From assembly GCA_963676565.1 (NCBI GenBank), contig OY781089.1, positions 2,880,001-2,944,000 of the forward strand: a stretch of 64,000 nt of DNA, read 5' to 3'. The DNA comes from Halarcobacter sp. (GTDB taxonomy: Bacteria; Campylobacterota; Campylobacteria; Campylobacterales; Arcobacteraceae). The position numbers and the translations under genes are program-made. The notes under the pieces were generated by a model. It searched no databases. It had not been told where the DNA came from and saw only the letters and a list, made by a program, of their open reading frames with translations. This document shows positions 11,048 through 20,536 of this stretch, in pieces. Every line of letters starts with the position of its first letter. Positions within the stretch are counted from its first letter, which is position 1.

Positions 11048-11647
11048 TTATATTTTAATTGAGTACAAAATAACCAAAAATAAAATAATTATAAAAAGTA
11101 TAATAAGTATTGAAATTGTTGTTTCCATCAAATCTCTTGCAAATTTATTATTAAATATGAGTTTAAGTGTATTAAAGGATCTATTTTTCTTAGATCCATT
11201 TCTTATAAGAACAATCCCAACATAATTTCTTATGGGAGTTTTATATTTTTTCATTCCAAAACACTTAACTAAAAAATAGTAAATATGTTTATTAATAAAA
11301 TTTTGTTTATGGACAAGGTAAAAAATATCATTTTTATCATATTTTGATTCTAAATAATCAATAAGCTCTTTTTTTATTATTACTTTTTTATTTGACTTTA
11401 AAATTAAAGGTGAAAATATAATAAAGGTATAATTTGAACTTTTAAAGTAAGACTCTAATATCTCAAGCATTTGCTTTTTTATATCTTTTAATTTTCTTTT
11501 TGTAAGCTCTTCATTTAAACTAATCATTGCAACTTCGAATAAATTAAACTCTTCTACATACAAATAGTATTTACTTTCTTTTCTTGATTTACATTGATAT
11601 ATAAATAATAACACTATAAAAAAAAGAGTAGTTGTGAAAAGCATCAA
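11048..11647 (-). CDS. hypothetical membrane protein
   Basis: 199-aa very AT-rich ORF with hydrophobic termini. Confidence 0.45.
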   Translation of the reverse strand: MMLFTTTLFFIVLLFIYQCKSRKESKYYLYVEEFNLFEVAMISLNEELTKRKLKDIKKQMLEILESYFKSSNYTFIIFSPLILKSNKKVIIKKELIDYLESKYDKNDIFYLVHKQNFINKHIYYFLVKCFGMKKYKTPIRNYVGIVLIRNGSKKNRSFNTLKLIFNNKFARDLMETTISILIILFIIILFLVILYSIKI

Positions 11648-11754
11648 TTTAATATTCGCATTTTTTATGCAGGGGTATAGTATTCTTTATTTTCATAAAA
11701 TCATTCTAACTTAATAAAAATTAATCTTTATATTAATTAAAAAATCATAGAAAT

Positions 11755-11803
11755 AAAAAAAGCCCTATAAGAAAGATGAAAACATCAAACTTATAGAGCT
11801 TTT
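11755..11803 (-). terminator. intrinsic terminator after tRNA operon
   Basis: AGCTCTATAAG...CTTATAGGGCT stem followed by a U-run on the minus strand. Confidence 0.6.
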
Positions 11804-11805
11804 AG

Positions 11806-11882
11806 TGGAGCGGGAGACGAGACTCGAACTCGCGACAATCTGCTTGGAAGGCAGAGGCTCTAGCCAACTGAGCTACTCCCGC
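11806..11882 (-). tRNA. tRNA-Gly(TCC)
   Basis: Identical to the copy at 4460-4536. Confidence 0.97.
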
Positions 11883-11945
11883 AACTTTTAATAAAAATGG
11901 TAAAAGAAATAAAAACCAAATAGTATTACCAACTCTATTTAGTAG

Positions 11946-12022
11946 TGGAGCGGGAGACGAGACTCGAACTCGCGACAATCTGCTTGGAAGGCAGAGGCTC
12001 TAGCCAACTGAGCTACTCCCGC
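11946..12022 (-). tRNA. tRNA-Gly(TCC)
   Basis: Identical to the other two copies. Confidence 0.97.
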
Positions 12023-12042
12023 AAAAATTTGAACATATAAAG

Positions 12043-12119
12043 TGGTGGGTCATGAAGGACTCGAACCTTCGACCACTCGGTTATGAGCCGAGTGCTCTAA
12101 CCAGCTGAGCTAATGACCC
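12043..12119 (-). tRNA. tRNA with CAT anticodon (probably Ile2/lysidine, otherwise elongator Met)
   Basis: GGGTCATTAGCTCAG...CTCGGCTCATAACCGAG...GTTCGAGTCC...ATGACCCACCA. Confidence 0.93.
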
Positions 12120-12149
12120 ACATTGGTTTTATCACATTCAAATTTTAAA

Positions 12150-12172
12150 TGGCGGACAAGGAGGGATTCGAA
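12150..12172 (-). repeat. att site: 3' fragment of a tRNA (Ser-like)
   Basis: Minus strand TTCGAATCCCTCCTTGTCCGCCA is a T-loop half, acceptor strand and CCA with no 5' tRNA half. Confidence 0.8.
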
Positions 12173-12276
12173 AACTCGTCTCATAAACAAGTTTCTTACA
12201 ACATCCCATAACTACAGTCACACCGATGTAGTTAATCAAAATTTCAAACTTAAAAAATGCCATAATAAAACATAAT

Positions 12277-12296
12277 TTGTCCGAAATTGTCCGAAA
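12277..12296. repeat. tandem 10-bp direct repeat, putative integrase arm-type site
   Basis: TTGTCCGAAA twice, about 105 bp inside the att core. Confidence 0.55.
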
Positions 12297-12394
12297 ATAG
12301 TTTACAACCATTTAAGGAGCAGAATTATAAGCAAATTATTCTTAATAATAGCTAAATTAAACATATCATTTCAATTTAGCTTTATGTTTTATTT

Positions 12395-13216
12395 TTACTT
12401 ATATTTTTGTAAATAGCCATTTGTTAAATAAAAATTTGTATTCTTATTAATCTTAAAAGATATAGAGATTAGATTTTTTTTTGAATCATAATGAAAACTA
12501 CTTTCTTCAATCAATTTAAAAGTTTTTTTTCTCATTTCATTATAAAAGTTACATTTTACAATTCCTCCATTAGCTAAATCTTCAAATTCAACTTCATCTT
12601 TATTCAAGAATCTTGTTTCAATATGATGCATCTTTAAATATTGTATCTTGAATGGCTTATCATAAATTTCTTCTAAACATGATATTAATGCATCATAATA
12701 TTTTGGTTTAATTGAACTTGGAAGAAATTGCAAATTATTTGAAATTAATGCTTCATCATAATCATAATAAGACACTTCAAAAGATTTCAAGTCGTCCAAT
12801 AGACTATTTAAAAACATTCTTACTTCATGATTATTGATTTTAAATAGATCATCATATGGATATTCTTTCGTATGATCACCTGTGTATGAATAAATTATAT
12901 CTTCAAGTAAATGAAATTCATTTCCGCCAGAATAATCATGAAAGACTAATTCCAAATCACTAATTTTAGTACTATTTTTAACTAATGCGTTTGCTGCATT
13001 TCTAATAAATTCTGAATCTTTTGATTTCATTTTTGTTCTTTCAAGAACATGTTCAATTTTATAGTAGTTACAATATTCTTTATAATTATTAAAGCCTGCT
13101 TTTTTCACAAAATAATCTTTTGCCTTTTCAATACTTGAAAACATTTCATTATCATATGCAACTTTAGATAAGTTATTAATCTTCAAAACTTGTAAATGCA
13201 AACCATCTTTATACAT
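12395..13216 (-). CDS. hypothetical protein
   Basis: 273-aa ORF with AGGAG RBS and a consensus promoter. Confidence 0.75.
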   Translation of the reverse strand: MYKDGLHLQVLKINNLSKVAYDNEMFSSIEKAKDYFVKKAGFNNYKEYCNYYKIEHVLERTKMKSKDSEFIRNAANALVKNSTKISDLELVFHDYSGGNEFHLLEDIIYSYTGDHTKEYPYDDLFKINNHEVRMFLNSLLDDLKSFEVSYYDYDEALISNNLQFLPSSIKPKYYDALISCLEEIYDKPFKIQYLKMHHIETRFLNKDEVEFEDLANGGIVKCNFYNEMRKKTFKLIEESSFHYDSKKNLISISFKINKNTNFYLTNGYLQKYK

Positions 13217-13236
13217 TTCAAAGCTCCTTTTTCTTT

Positions 13237-13265
13237 ATTTTATAATAATGCAACATGTGTGTCAA
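13237..13265 (-). promoter_or_regulatory. sigma70 promoter TTGACA-17-TAAAAT
   Basis: Direct sequence match upstream of ORF 13216. Confidence 0.7.
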
Positions 13266-13793
13266 AGACTTTTTTTAGAGCTTTTTAACAATATTTTATT
13301 AATTTAAATATAAGGACTAAACTGTTAATTTTTTATTTTATAAGACTATATACTAAAACTTTTTTTAACAATATTGTTGTGTCTTAAGAAATCTTAATTT
13401 TATATTAATTTAACTGTGATTTTTTATACTTAATTCAAAGAAAAAGCTAACATTTCTTAAATATAAATATTAGTTTTGAGAATAGAGACACCCTACTTTT
13501 AAAATTATTTGTCGATATTCTTTATTTATCTCTAAACACAAAATATATTTCTATATATACTCTTGTATATCTCAATTAAGAGAGTTGATCTGGTTACACT
13601 CAATATGAAAAAGTGTAGAGAGCATTAAATCAAAATAGATTACAATAATTTTATTGCTAATACCAATGTAAATATAATGAAAATAACCATGTAATCATAA
13701 TCAACTCTATTTACCACAATTAGGACAATCAAACTACTTTTAGATTTTTATTTTTTAGGATTTTATATTTAAAAAGAAGTAATTATAGGCTAA

Positions 13794-13899
13794 AAGCAAC
13801 ACCCTGATAGTGCTTCGGTACCCACTCGTACTCAACCGCTCATTAAAAGCTTTGGATCACTTTGACTTTTTAAAGTCAATACCAAGGTCGCGTCGCTTA
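13794..13899 (-). ncRNA. candidate ~105-nt structured small RNA
   Basis: GC-rich patch closed by a 9-bp stem with internal hairpins; TTGACT-17-TATAAT promoter at 13906-13934 ends just before its 5' end. Confidence 0.5.
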
Positions 13900-14106
13900 T
13901 CTTTTATTATATGTTTTTATACAAAAAAAGTCAATATTCTAAATTAATGAATCTATATAATTTTTACAAATTTTGAAATTTATTTTCTTGAATTACAACA
14001 GTTTAAAACTTTCAATCTACTTATTATTATTTCAATAACCTACAACTAAGATATATCTATTAAATTTATAATAACTAATTAAGCCAATGAACCTATTTTA
14101 GGTCTC

Positions 14107-14135
14107 TTGACACAAAAAAGTTTTATTTTTATAAT
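14107..14135 (+). promoter_or_regulatory. perfect sigma70 promoter TTGACA-17-TATAAT
   Basis: Direct match upstream of ORF 14217. Confidence 0.75.
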
Positions 14136-14216
14136 AACTTTAAACAAAAATAGAAAAGTGAATAAAATCTAAAAAACCTCTTATAACTAAATACAAATAA
14201 TTTAAAAAGGAACAAA

Positions 14217-14474
14217 ATGAAAAAATATTATATTAATGACAAGTTTGAGTTTTTTGATGAAAAAACTGAAAATCATGTGCTGTATGCTGAAGTTGAAGAG
14301 CTTAATGAGCAGATAACTATTACATTGGCAACGCTAAGTCACTGGTTCGAAGAAAAAATCATTGATGCAGCAAAGAAAAAATGGTCAGCAAAAGAAATTG
14401 AAATTAAATTTAGAGGTGACGTCTATATGGGTTACCATACATTTCGATATTTTAAACTTAAATTCTTCAAATAA
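14217..14474 (+). CDS. hypothetical protein
   Basis: 85-aa ORF with AAGGA RBS, promoter and terminator. Confidence 0.7.
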   Translation: MKKYYINDKFEFFDEKTENHVLYAEVEELNEQITITLATLSHWFEEKIIDAAKKKWSAKEIEIKFRGDVYMGYHTFRYFKLKFFK

Positions 14475-14475
14475 T

Positions 14476-14494
14476 TAGCCCTTATTTAGGGCTA
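14476..14494. terminator. bidirectional hairpin
   Basis: TAGCCCT-tattt-AGGGCTA between convergent genes. Confidence 0.6.
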
Positions 14495-14500
14495 CCCATT

Positions 14501-15328
14501 TTAAATTTCAAAACTTTTCATAACTACATTTTTACCATAATTACTTTCAAAAGGAAGTCCAAAAGGATTACATTTACAAAGACATTCACTATTTGGAAAC
14601 TGATACTCTATTGCTTCATGAAAATGACCAAATATCCAATGTTTTGCACCATCATACCTCAAACACCACCCATCAAATGTATAAAATGAAGCAATTACAC
14701 TTAAATATTTGTCAGGAATATATGATATTAATTTTGCTGGAGAGACATGCGTTATCATCACATCTGATTCTGCATATGCAATCCTTACTTTTTTTTCTTC
14801 CATACTATATATATCATCAAAATATTCTACTCCATAAATGTATTTTGCATCATCTGTCCTTGCTTTCCAAAAATCGTTCATTGTTTCATAATTAAATTTT
14901 TCCTTCAGATCATTGTAAGAGCCATCATACCAACTGTCAGCACCTCCAAACCTTATTCCATCAATTTCTACAGAATTACCATTTAGACAGTATAAGTTTT
15001 TTTCTTTATTAATCAACATTCTCATCTCTTCAACTCTTTTAAAAGAAGTTTTATACTTTTCAACCATCGAAGAATCTACTAAATGATAATCTACATTTCC
15101 AAGTACACATATAATATTTGAATAATAAGATTTTAAGAACTTTAAAAGTCTGAGATTTTGATTATTATTAATACCCAAATCACCAGCTATAACTAAAACA
15201 TCACCTACTCTTCTATTATCTTTCGTGATAATTGGATCAAACAATTCATCAAATTTTCTATCCTCTAATAACTCATTTTTATCAACATATTTATCTATAT
15301 GAAGATCACTCAAATAATCAATTTGCAT
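14501..15328 (-). CDS. Calcineurin-like metallophosphoesterase (paralog 3)
   Basis: SDLH, AGD, GNVD (usually GNHD), TH, GHFH. Confidence 0.88.
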   Translation of the reverse strand: MQIDYLSDLHIDKYVDKNELLEDRKFDELFDPIITKDNRRVGDVLVIAGDLGINNNQNLRLLKFLKSYYSNIICVLGNVDYHLVDSSMVEKYKTSFKRVEEMRMLINKEKNLYCLNGNSVEIDGIRFGGADSWYDGSYNDLKEKFNYETMNDFWKARTDDAKYIYGVEYFDDIYSMEEKKVRIAYAESDVMITHVSPAKLISYIPDKYLSVIASFYTFDGWCLRYDGAKHWIFGHFHEAIEYQFPNSECLCKCNPFGLPFESNYGKNVVMKSFEI

Positions 15329-16154
15329 AATTAAAACTCTTCATTTTTGTTAGCCTACCATTTGCAGATTCATAAGGGTATCCCATTGTATTTATTAAAC
15401 ATTTAGTATTGTATTTTTCAAAGCTATCAAGACCATGTGAATGGCCAAATATCCAATACTTTGCAGTTGTCTCTTTTAAATAATGATCTCCATCAAAACA
15501 ATAAAATGCATTCAATTCTCTATCCTCATATCTTGATGATAAATGCTGTTGCTTAATTAAAGGATTTACATGAGTTACTAATACATCACACTTTTGATAT
15601 ATATTTTCAAGCTTTTTCTTTTCAATTTTAAAAATTTCATAAATACTCTCAACACCAACAATTTGGCGGGCATCATTCATACTACTTTTCCATTTATTGT
15701 TTATTTGCTCTTTTGTAGCATATTGTTTCGAATGATAATGATTGAGATACGATCCATCATACCAAGAATCGCATCCAGCAAATTTTACATCATCTATTTC
15801 AATTATATTTCCATTTAAACAATATAATCCTTCTTCGACATTTATTAAGTCACGCATTTCGCTCACTCTTTCGAAAGAATTTTTATACTTTGTTCTTGCA
15901 TATTTACCAAAAAGATAATAGTCATGATTGCCAAGCACAACCATAATATTTTTATAGTAATTTTTTCGTAAATATTTTAAAAATTCAATTGATTGATTAT
16001 TATAATGCCCTAAGTCCCCAGCAATCACCAAAACATCACCTATTTTTCTATCTTTTGCAATAATTTGATTAAATATTCTTATTATGTCATCTACACTTTC
16101 ATTATAATCTATATACATATCTATATGTAAATCCGAAATATAGTCTACTTTCAT
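15318..16154 (-). CDS. Calcineurin-like metallophosphoesterase (paralog 2)
   Basis: SDLH, AGD, GNHD, TH, GHSH. Confidence 0.9.
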   Translation of the reverse strand: MKVDYISDLHIDMYIDYNESVDDIIRIFNQIIAKDRKIGDVLVIAGDLGHYNNQSIEFLKYLRKNYYKNIMVVLGNHDYYLFGKYARTKYKNSFERVSEMRDLINVEEGLYCLNGNIIEIDDVKFAGCDSWYDGSYLNHYHSKQYATKEQINNKWKSSMNDARQIVGVESIYEIFKIEKKKLENIYQKCDVLVTHVNPLIKQQHLSSRYEDRELNAFYCFDGDHYLKETTAKYWIFGHSHGLDSFEKYNTKCLINTMGYPYESANGRLTKMKSFNYAN

Positions 16155-16164
16155 TATTTCCCTT

Positions 16165-16998
16165 TTAAATATTAAAACTTTTCATAACTACATAGTTACT
16201 CTCGCCTGGATATCCTAATCCGTTAACCACACATTTGATACCATAATATGCTTCAAAATCATTTAGCTCGTGATTGTGCCCGTATACCCAAAACTTTGCA
16301 GTAGTTTCTTTAAGAAACTCTTCCCCTGAAAAAGAGAAAAAAGTATTAGTAACTTTTCCTCTAAAATGATGTGCAAAATGCTCATCTTTGGTCGAAGGAG
16401 ACACGTGTGTAACCATTACATCGCACTTTTTATATACAGACTTTATCTTTGGTAGTTCTATTTTATAAATATCATCAAAATTATCAATACCCTTCAAACT
16501 GTAAAAGTCATTTATACTCTGTTTCCAAACTTGGTTAATTGCTTCATGCGTATAATTTTGACCTTGTTTATATCTTTCAATGTAGCCATGGTTATACCAA
16601 GAATCAGCTCCGCCAAAACGTACTCCATCAATCTCAACAACATCCCCATTTAAACAATATAGTCCTTGCTCTTGATTTATTAATTTACGCATATTTTCTA
16701 CACGTTTAAATGAGTTTTTAAATTGAAGCTGCTGGTCATAATCTGACAAATAGTAGTCATGATTTCCAAGTACGCAGACTACATGTTGGTAATAGTGTTT
16801 CTTTAAATACTTTAAGACTCTAATAGACAAAAAGTTGTAATGGGAAATGTCACCTGCGATAATTAGCACTTTTCCAACCTGCCTATTGTTTTCAGTAATA
16901 ATAGGGTTAAATAATCTAAATATATCTTCGTCTTTGAGTCTATTATCAACCTCTAAATAAAAATCCAAATGTAGGTCTGATAAGTAATCTATTTGCAT
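16165..16998 (-). CDS. Calcineurin-like metallophosphoesterase (paralog 1)
   Basis: SDLH, AGD, GNHD, TH, GHNH; promoter TTTACA-17-TATGAT at 17019-17047. Confidence 0.9.
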   Translation of the reverse strand: MQIDYLSDLHLDFYLEVDNRLKDEDIFRLFNPIITENNRQVGKVLIIAGDISHYNFLSIRVLKYLKKHYYQHVVCVLGNHDYYLSDYDQQLQFKNSFKRVENMRKLINQEQGLYCLNGDVVEIDGVRFGGADSWYNHGYIERYKQGQNYTHEAINQVWKQSINDFYSLKGIDNFDDIYKIELPKIKSVYKKCDVMVTHVSPSTKDEHFAHHFRGKVTNTFFSFSGEEFLKETTAKFWVYGHNHELNDFEAYYGIKCVVNGLGYPGESNYVVMKSFNI

Positions 16999-17557
16999 TT
17001 TGCCCTACCTTTTCTCTTATCATATCAAATATAAAATCTCTTGTAAAGCCCAACAAATAGGCATTTTTACTTAGTTAAATATTAAATTTCTAATAAGAGT
17101 TTACATATACTAAGAAATATAAAAACATATTAATCAATAATAAAGGATAAAGCTGTTGAAATTAATTTTTTAAAATTTTCAACTTTTTAGAAATCCACAA
17201 ATGGAAGAAGAAAAAACTACTTTCTCTATCATCAAAATACCACTCTATTTTTAAGAATTCTGAAATTTGTGACTTTATAATTTTTTAAGGTTATACTATT
17301 AAAACAAAGAGTAAATATATTCCATTTTCTTTTAATGAGAATAATTCAGTTTTATTCTTTGATTTTAATTAAAAAGAGTAATGAAATCTTTTATTTGACG
17401 CTATATAGGGCTTTTAAAGCTTTTTTATTTTAATTTTTTCTGTTATTATTTCAATATAAAGATAAAAGATTTTAATATTTGTCTTTATCTTATAATTTAT
17501 TCCACCCCAAATCATGAGGATATACATGGCAGTGATTTTAGTGCCCTTTTTTAAAGA

Positions 17558-18316
17558 ATGAGTATGAATGAAAATGTTTTTTTGCAAAGTGATGCAAGCT
17601 ATGATAATAAGTCAAGAATTGCAGGCATTGCTGTTATAAATATGAATAATGGAGAGAAATACGCAACAACACTAACTAATATAAAATCCAGTATGGAAGC
17701 CGAGTTTATAGCATTAGTTTTTAGTGTTAAAATCGCTATGAAAATGGGGTACAAACATGCCGTCTTTGTTTATGATTGTCTAAGTTTAGATCTAACAAAT
17801 TTGAAATACTATATTCAAGATAAATTTGAAACATCACAATTCTTATGGTTAAAAAGAGAGTATATAAATGAAGCAGATGCCGAAGCTAAAAATGCTCTAT
17901 CAATAGCAAAAAGTTTACAAAAGTTAAATGTTTCAAAAAAGAAACTAACAGAAAAAAAATTAAAAAAATTAAATAGAAACAAACTTATTAGGGAATTCTC
18001 TTCTTACAGTTATAAGCAGATTATTCAAGCGAGCATGAGCATCGCTTCAAAAGATGAGAAAGAATTATTATCTATATTTTTAAAAGGAAATTATGATCTT
18101 TGTGTAATACCAAAACAAGAGATAAGGAAGGTTGATTTATATAAGTTTATTTATCAAATATTACCAGAAAAGAAAGAAGCTTTTTTAGCATTTATAAGCA
18201 TTTCAAATCAGAGCGTATTAACAAACAAATTTAAAGAAAGACTCCCTAATACTAAATTGGAAGAGAAAATTAACAAAATAATGAATAAATTAAAGAATCA
18301 GAAAAAGGCATCATAA
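17558..18316 (+). CDS. RNase H-like domain protein with basic C-terminal extension
   Basis: RNase HI pattern: SDAS...AGIAV, SSMEAEFIAL, VYDC, NEADAEAK. Confidence 0.7.
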   Translation: MSMNENVFLQSDASYDNKSRIAGIAVINMNNGEKYATTLTNIKSSMEAEFIALVFSVKIAMKMGYKHAVFVYDCLSLDLTNLKYYIQDKFETSQFLWLKREYINEADAEAKNALSIAKSLQKLNVSKKKLTEKKLKKLNRNKLIREFSSYSYKQIIQASMSIASKDEKELLSIFLKGNYDLCVIPKQEIRKVDLYKFIYQILPEKKEAFLAFISISNQSVLTNKFKERLPNTKLEEKINKIMNKLKNQKKAS

Positions 18317-18320
18317 CTAA

Positions 18321-19760
18321 ATGTTTATTTCAAGAAAAAAAGAACTAATAAAATTAGACTATATTTTATAAAGAGATGGTTCATCTTTAATTATACTTTA
18401 TGGAAGAAAAGGAGTTGGGAGACTACTCTTATAAAACAGTTTATTCAAAAAAACAGTCTCAAATCAATTATATTTACAGGAAATAAAAACTATAGCTACA
18501 CAAATCAAATACATATATTCATAAACCAGGTTTTTAAATTTGCAATTAGTGAAAATTTGGATTTGAAAAAAACCTATCCAAAATCTTGGCATGCTGCATT
18601 TCGATATTTAGAAGATCACTTGATTTTTGCAAAAGAGAAAGAAAAGATTGTACTTTTTTTTGATGAATTTCCTTGGTTTGATACAAAGAAAAGTAGTTTT
18701 CTTTCTGAATTTTCATACTTTTGGAATAGCTTTTGTGAAAAAAGAAAAAACTTAATTGTTATTGTATCGGGACCTGATGTTTCTTATATAATAAATAAAA
18801 TCTTAAGAAATAAAGGGTCTTTATATAATAGACACAATTTGCAAACTTATCTTGAACCATTTGATTTGATTGATAGTTCAAAGATACTAAAAGAAAATGA
18901 TACAAAACAGATTTTAAATATATATTCAGTTTTTGGAGGAATCCCTTTGTATCTTGAAAACATTGATTATAATTTGGTATTCAATGCTAATACTAAAAAA
19001 TTTGGTATTGAAAAAAACTCTTTACTGCAAGATGAATTTGATGAACTCTATAAAGCTTTATATCAAAAATCTAAAACACATAGGAAAATTATAGAGTTAC
19101 TTGTTTCAAGCTGGAGTGGATTTACTCAAAATCAAATCTTAAAAAGTTTAAATGTTGTTTCTTCAATTAGAAGAGTCTGGATTCATTAATTCATGTATGA
19201 AGTTCAATCAAGTTAAGAAAGATAGGAGATATAGAGTAATTGATAATTTCACCTACTTTTACAATAAACTACTTAAAAATAATAAAACTAAAAACTGGGT
19301 AGACATTATTAATGAGCCTTATTTTTTACAGTGGAAAGAATCTTCATTTAAAAATATATGTCTTCAAAATATTGACAGAATAAGAAAACTATTAGGAATC
19401 AATGGAATTGATACAACTGTTTATTATTGGACAGACCATTTAGATAATAATATAATAGATATTATACTTCTTCATGACATAACAAAGTATATAGATATCA
19501 TTGAATGTAAATATAATGATAGTATTTTTGAGATAGATAAAAATATTATAACTCTCTTTTAAGAAAGATCAATGCATTTGATGCCAGTACAAATAGTAAG
19601 TTTAACATTAGATTAGTATGTATTACAAGCTTTGGTATTGAAAGAAATATGTAATATAATGATTTACCAATTGTAGATTTTACATTTAATGACTTGTTAA
19701 ATAAAAAAAGAAGCCAATTCAAATCTAAAGAGTATCTTTTCACTAAAACTACCAACTAAA
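18321..19760 (+). pseudogene. Archaeal-type AAA ATPase / DUF234-like protein, multiply frameshifted
   Basis: MFISRKKEL..., broken Walker A (YGRKGVG/TTL), Walker B FFDEFPW, GGIPLYL, C-terminal IDII...IIECKY, spread over several frames. Confidence 0.8.
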
Positions 19761-19882
19761 TATATATAATATTGTTTTTTTCTATATTGGCGAGAAATCT
19801 GTAAAAAATAGGTAGATAATTCGCAGACTCAATTCAAGTGACTGGATCATGTACCTATTTTTTGATAAATAATGCGTAAAAT

Positions 19883-20043
19883 CTATTGATTTTTAGAACA
19901 GTAATTGTCAATCATATTGCAATTACCTCCACCTATTCCCATAAGTGTGATTTTTGCCATAGAATTACCTAAATCAGGGTTTTGATCAATTTGTATATTT
20001 TCAGGATCAAAAGAGATTGTTGTTTATTCATATCTTTCATCAT
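19883..20043 (-). pseudogene. FtsZ N-terminus-like remnant
   Basis: After one frameshift it reads ...NSMAKITLMGIGGGNCNMID, resembling FtsZ AKIxVxGVGGGGxNM, then stops. Confidence 0.45.
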
Positions 20044-20051
20044 ATTGCCTT

Positions 20052-20486
20052 TTAAAATGGTATATCTTCATCTTTTATGTCAATTTCAATATCTTTTCTA
20101 ACTCTTGCGGGTTCATATATTTTATTTGAAGGTTCCTCTTTTGAAGCTTCATTTGGAGTATTTCCTGAACCTAACATTTTCATAGTATCCACTCTTAAAG
20201 AGTGTTTAGTTCTATTAGTTCCATCTGTGGCAGTCCAAGACTCTAAAACTAATCTTCCTTCAAGTAAGACTTTTGAGCCTTTTTTTAGGTACTGATTAGC
20301 AACTTCTGCTGTTCTTCCAAATATATCAAAATCTAAAAAACAAGTCTCTTCTTTTTGTTCCCCTGTATTTGACTTATATTTATAACTTGTTGCTATTGCA
20401 GATTTTGCAACTACTGTATTGTTTTGAAGATATTTAAGTTCAATATCTCTTGTTAGATTCCCTACTAAAACTACTTTGTTATACAT
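20052..20486 (-). CDS. ssb: Single-stranded DNA-binding protein
   Basis: MYNKVVLVGNLTRDIEL, KKGSKVLLEGRL, acidic tail DEDIPF. Confidence 0.95.
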   Translation of the reverse strand: MYNKVVLVGNLTRDIELKYLQNNTVVAKSAIATSYKYKSNTGEQKEETCFLDFDIFGRTAEVANQYLKKGSKVLLEGRLVLESWTATDGTNRTKHSLRVDTMKMLGSGNTPNEASKEEPSNKIYEPARVRKDIEIDIKDEDIPF

Positions 20487-20503
20487 TTGAGCCCTTTTTA
20501 TTT

Positions 20504-20535
20504 ATTTTATTAAGATTTTTGACAACATAATGTCT
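20504..20535 (-). promoter_or_regulatory. box-1 promoter (ssb)
   Basis: AGACA ttatg TTGTC - 11 nt - TAAAAT (right half-site shifted by 1 nt). Confidence 0.6.
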
Positions 20536-20536
20536 G

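Noticed and set aside
4460..11882. 7.3-kb segment between identical tRNA-Gly copies as an integrated islet
   Set aside because: Both copies are full length, the left has its own extended -10 promoter, and there is no integrase.
13250..13266. CAACATGTGTGTCAA as a ninth box-1 site
   Set aside because: Spacing does not fit; it is explained as a canonical TTGACA -35.
13794..13899. Hammerhead ribozyme (UUAAUGAG...CGAAG)
   Set aside because: The core deviates from CUGANGA/GAAA and stem II does not close properly.
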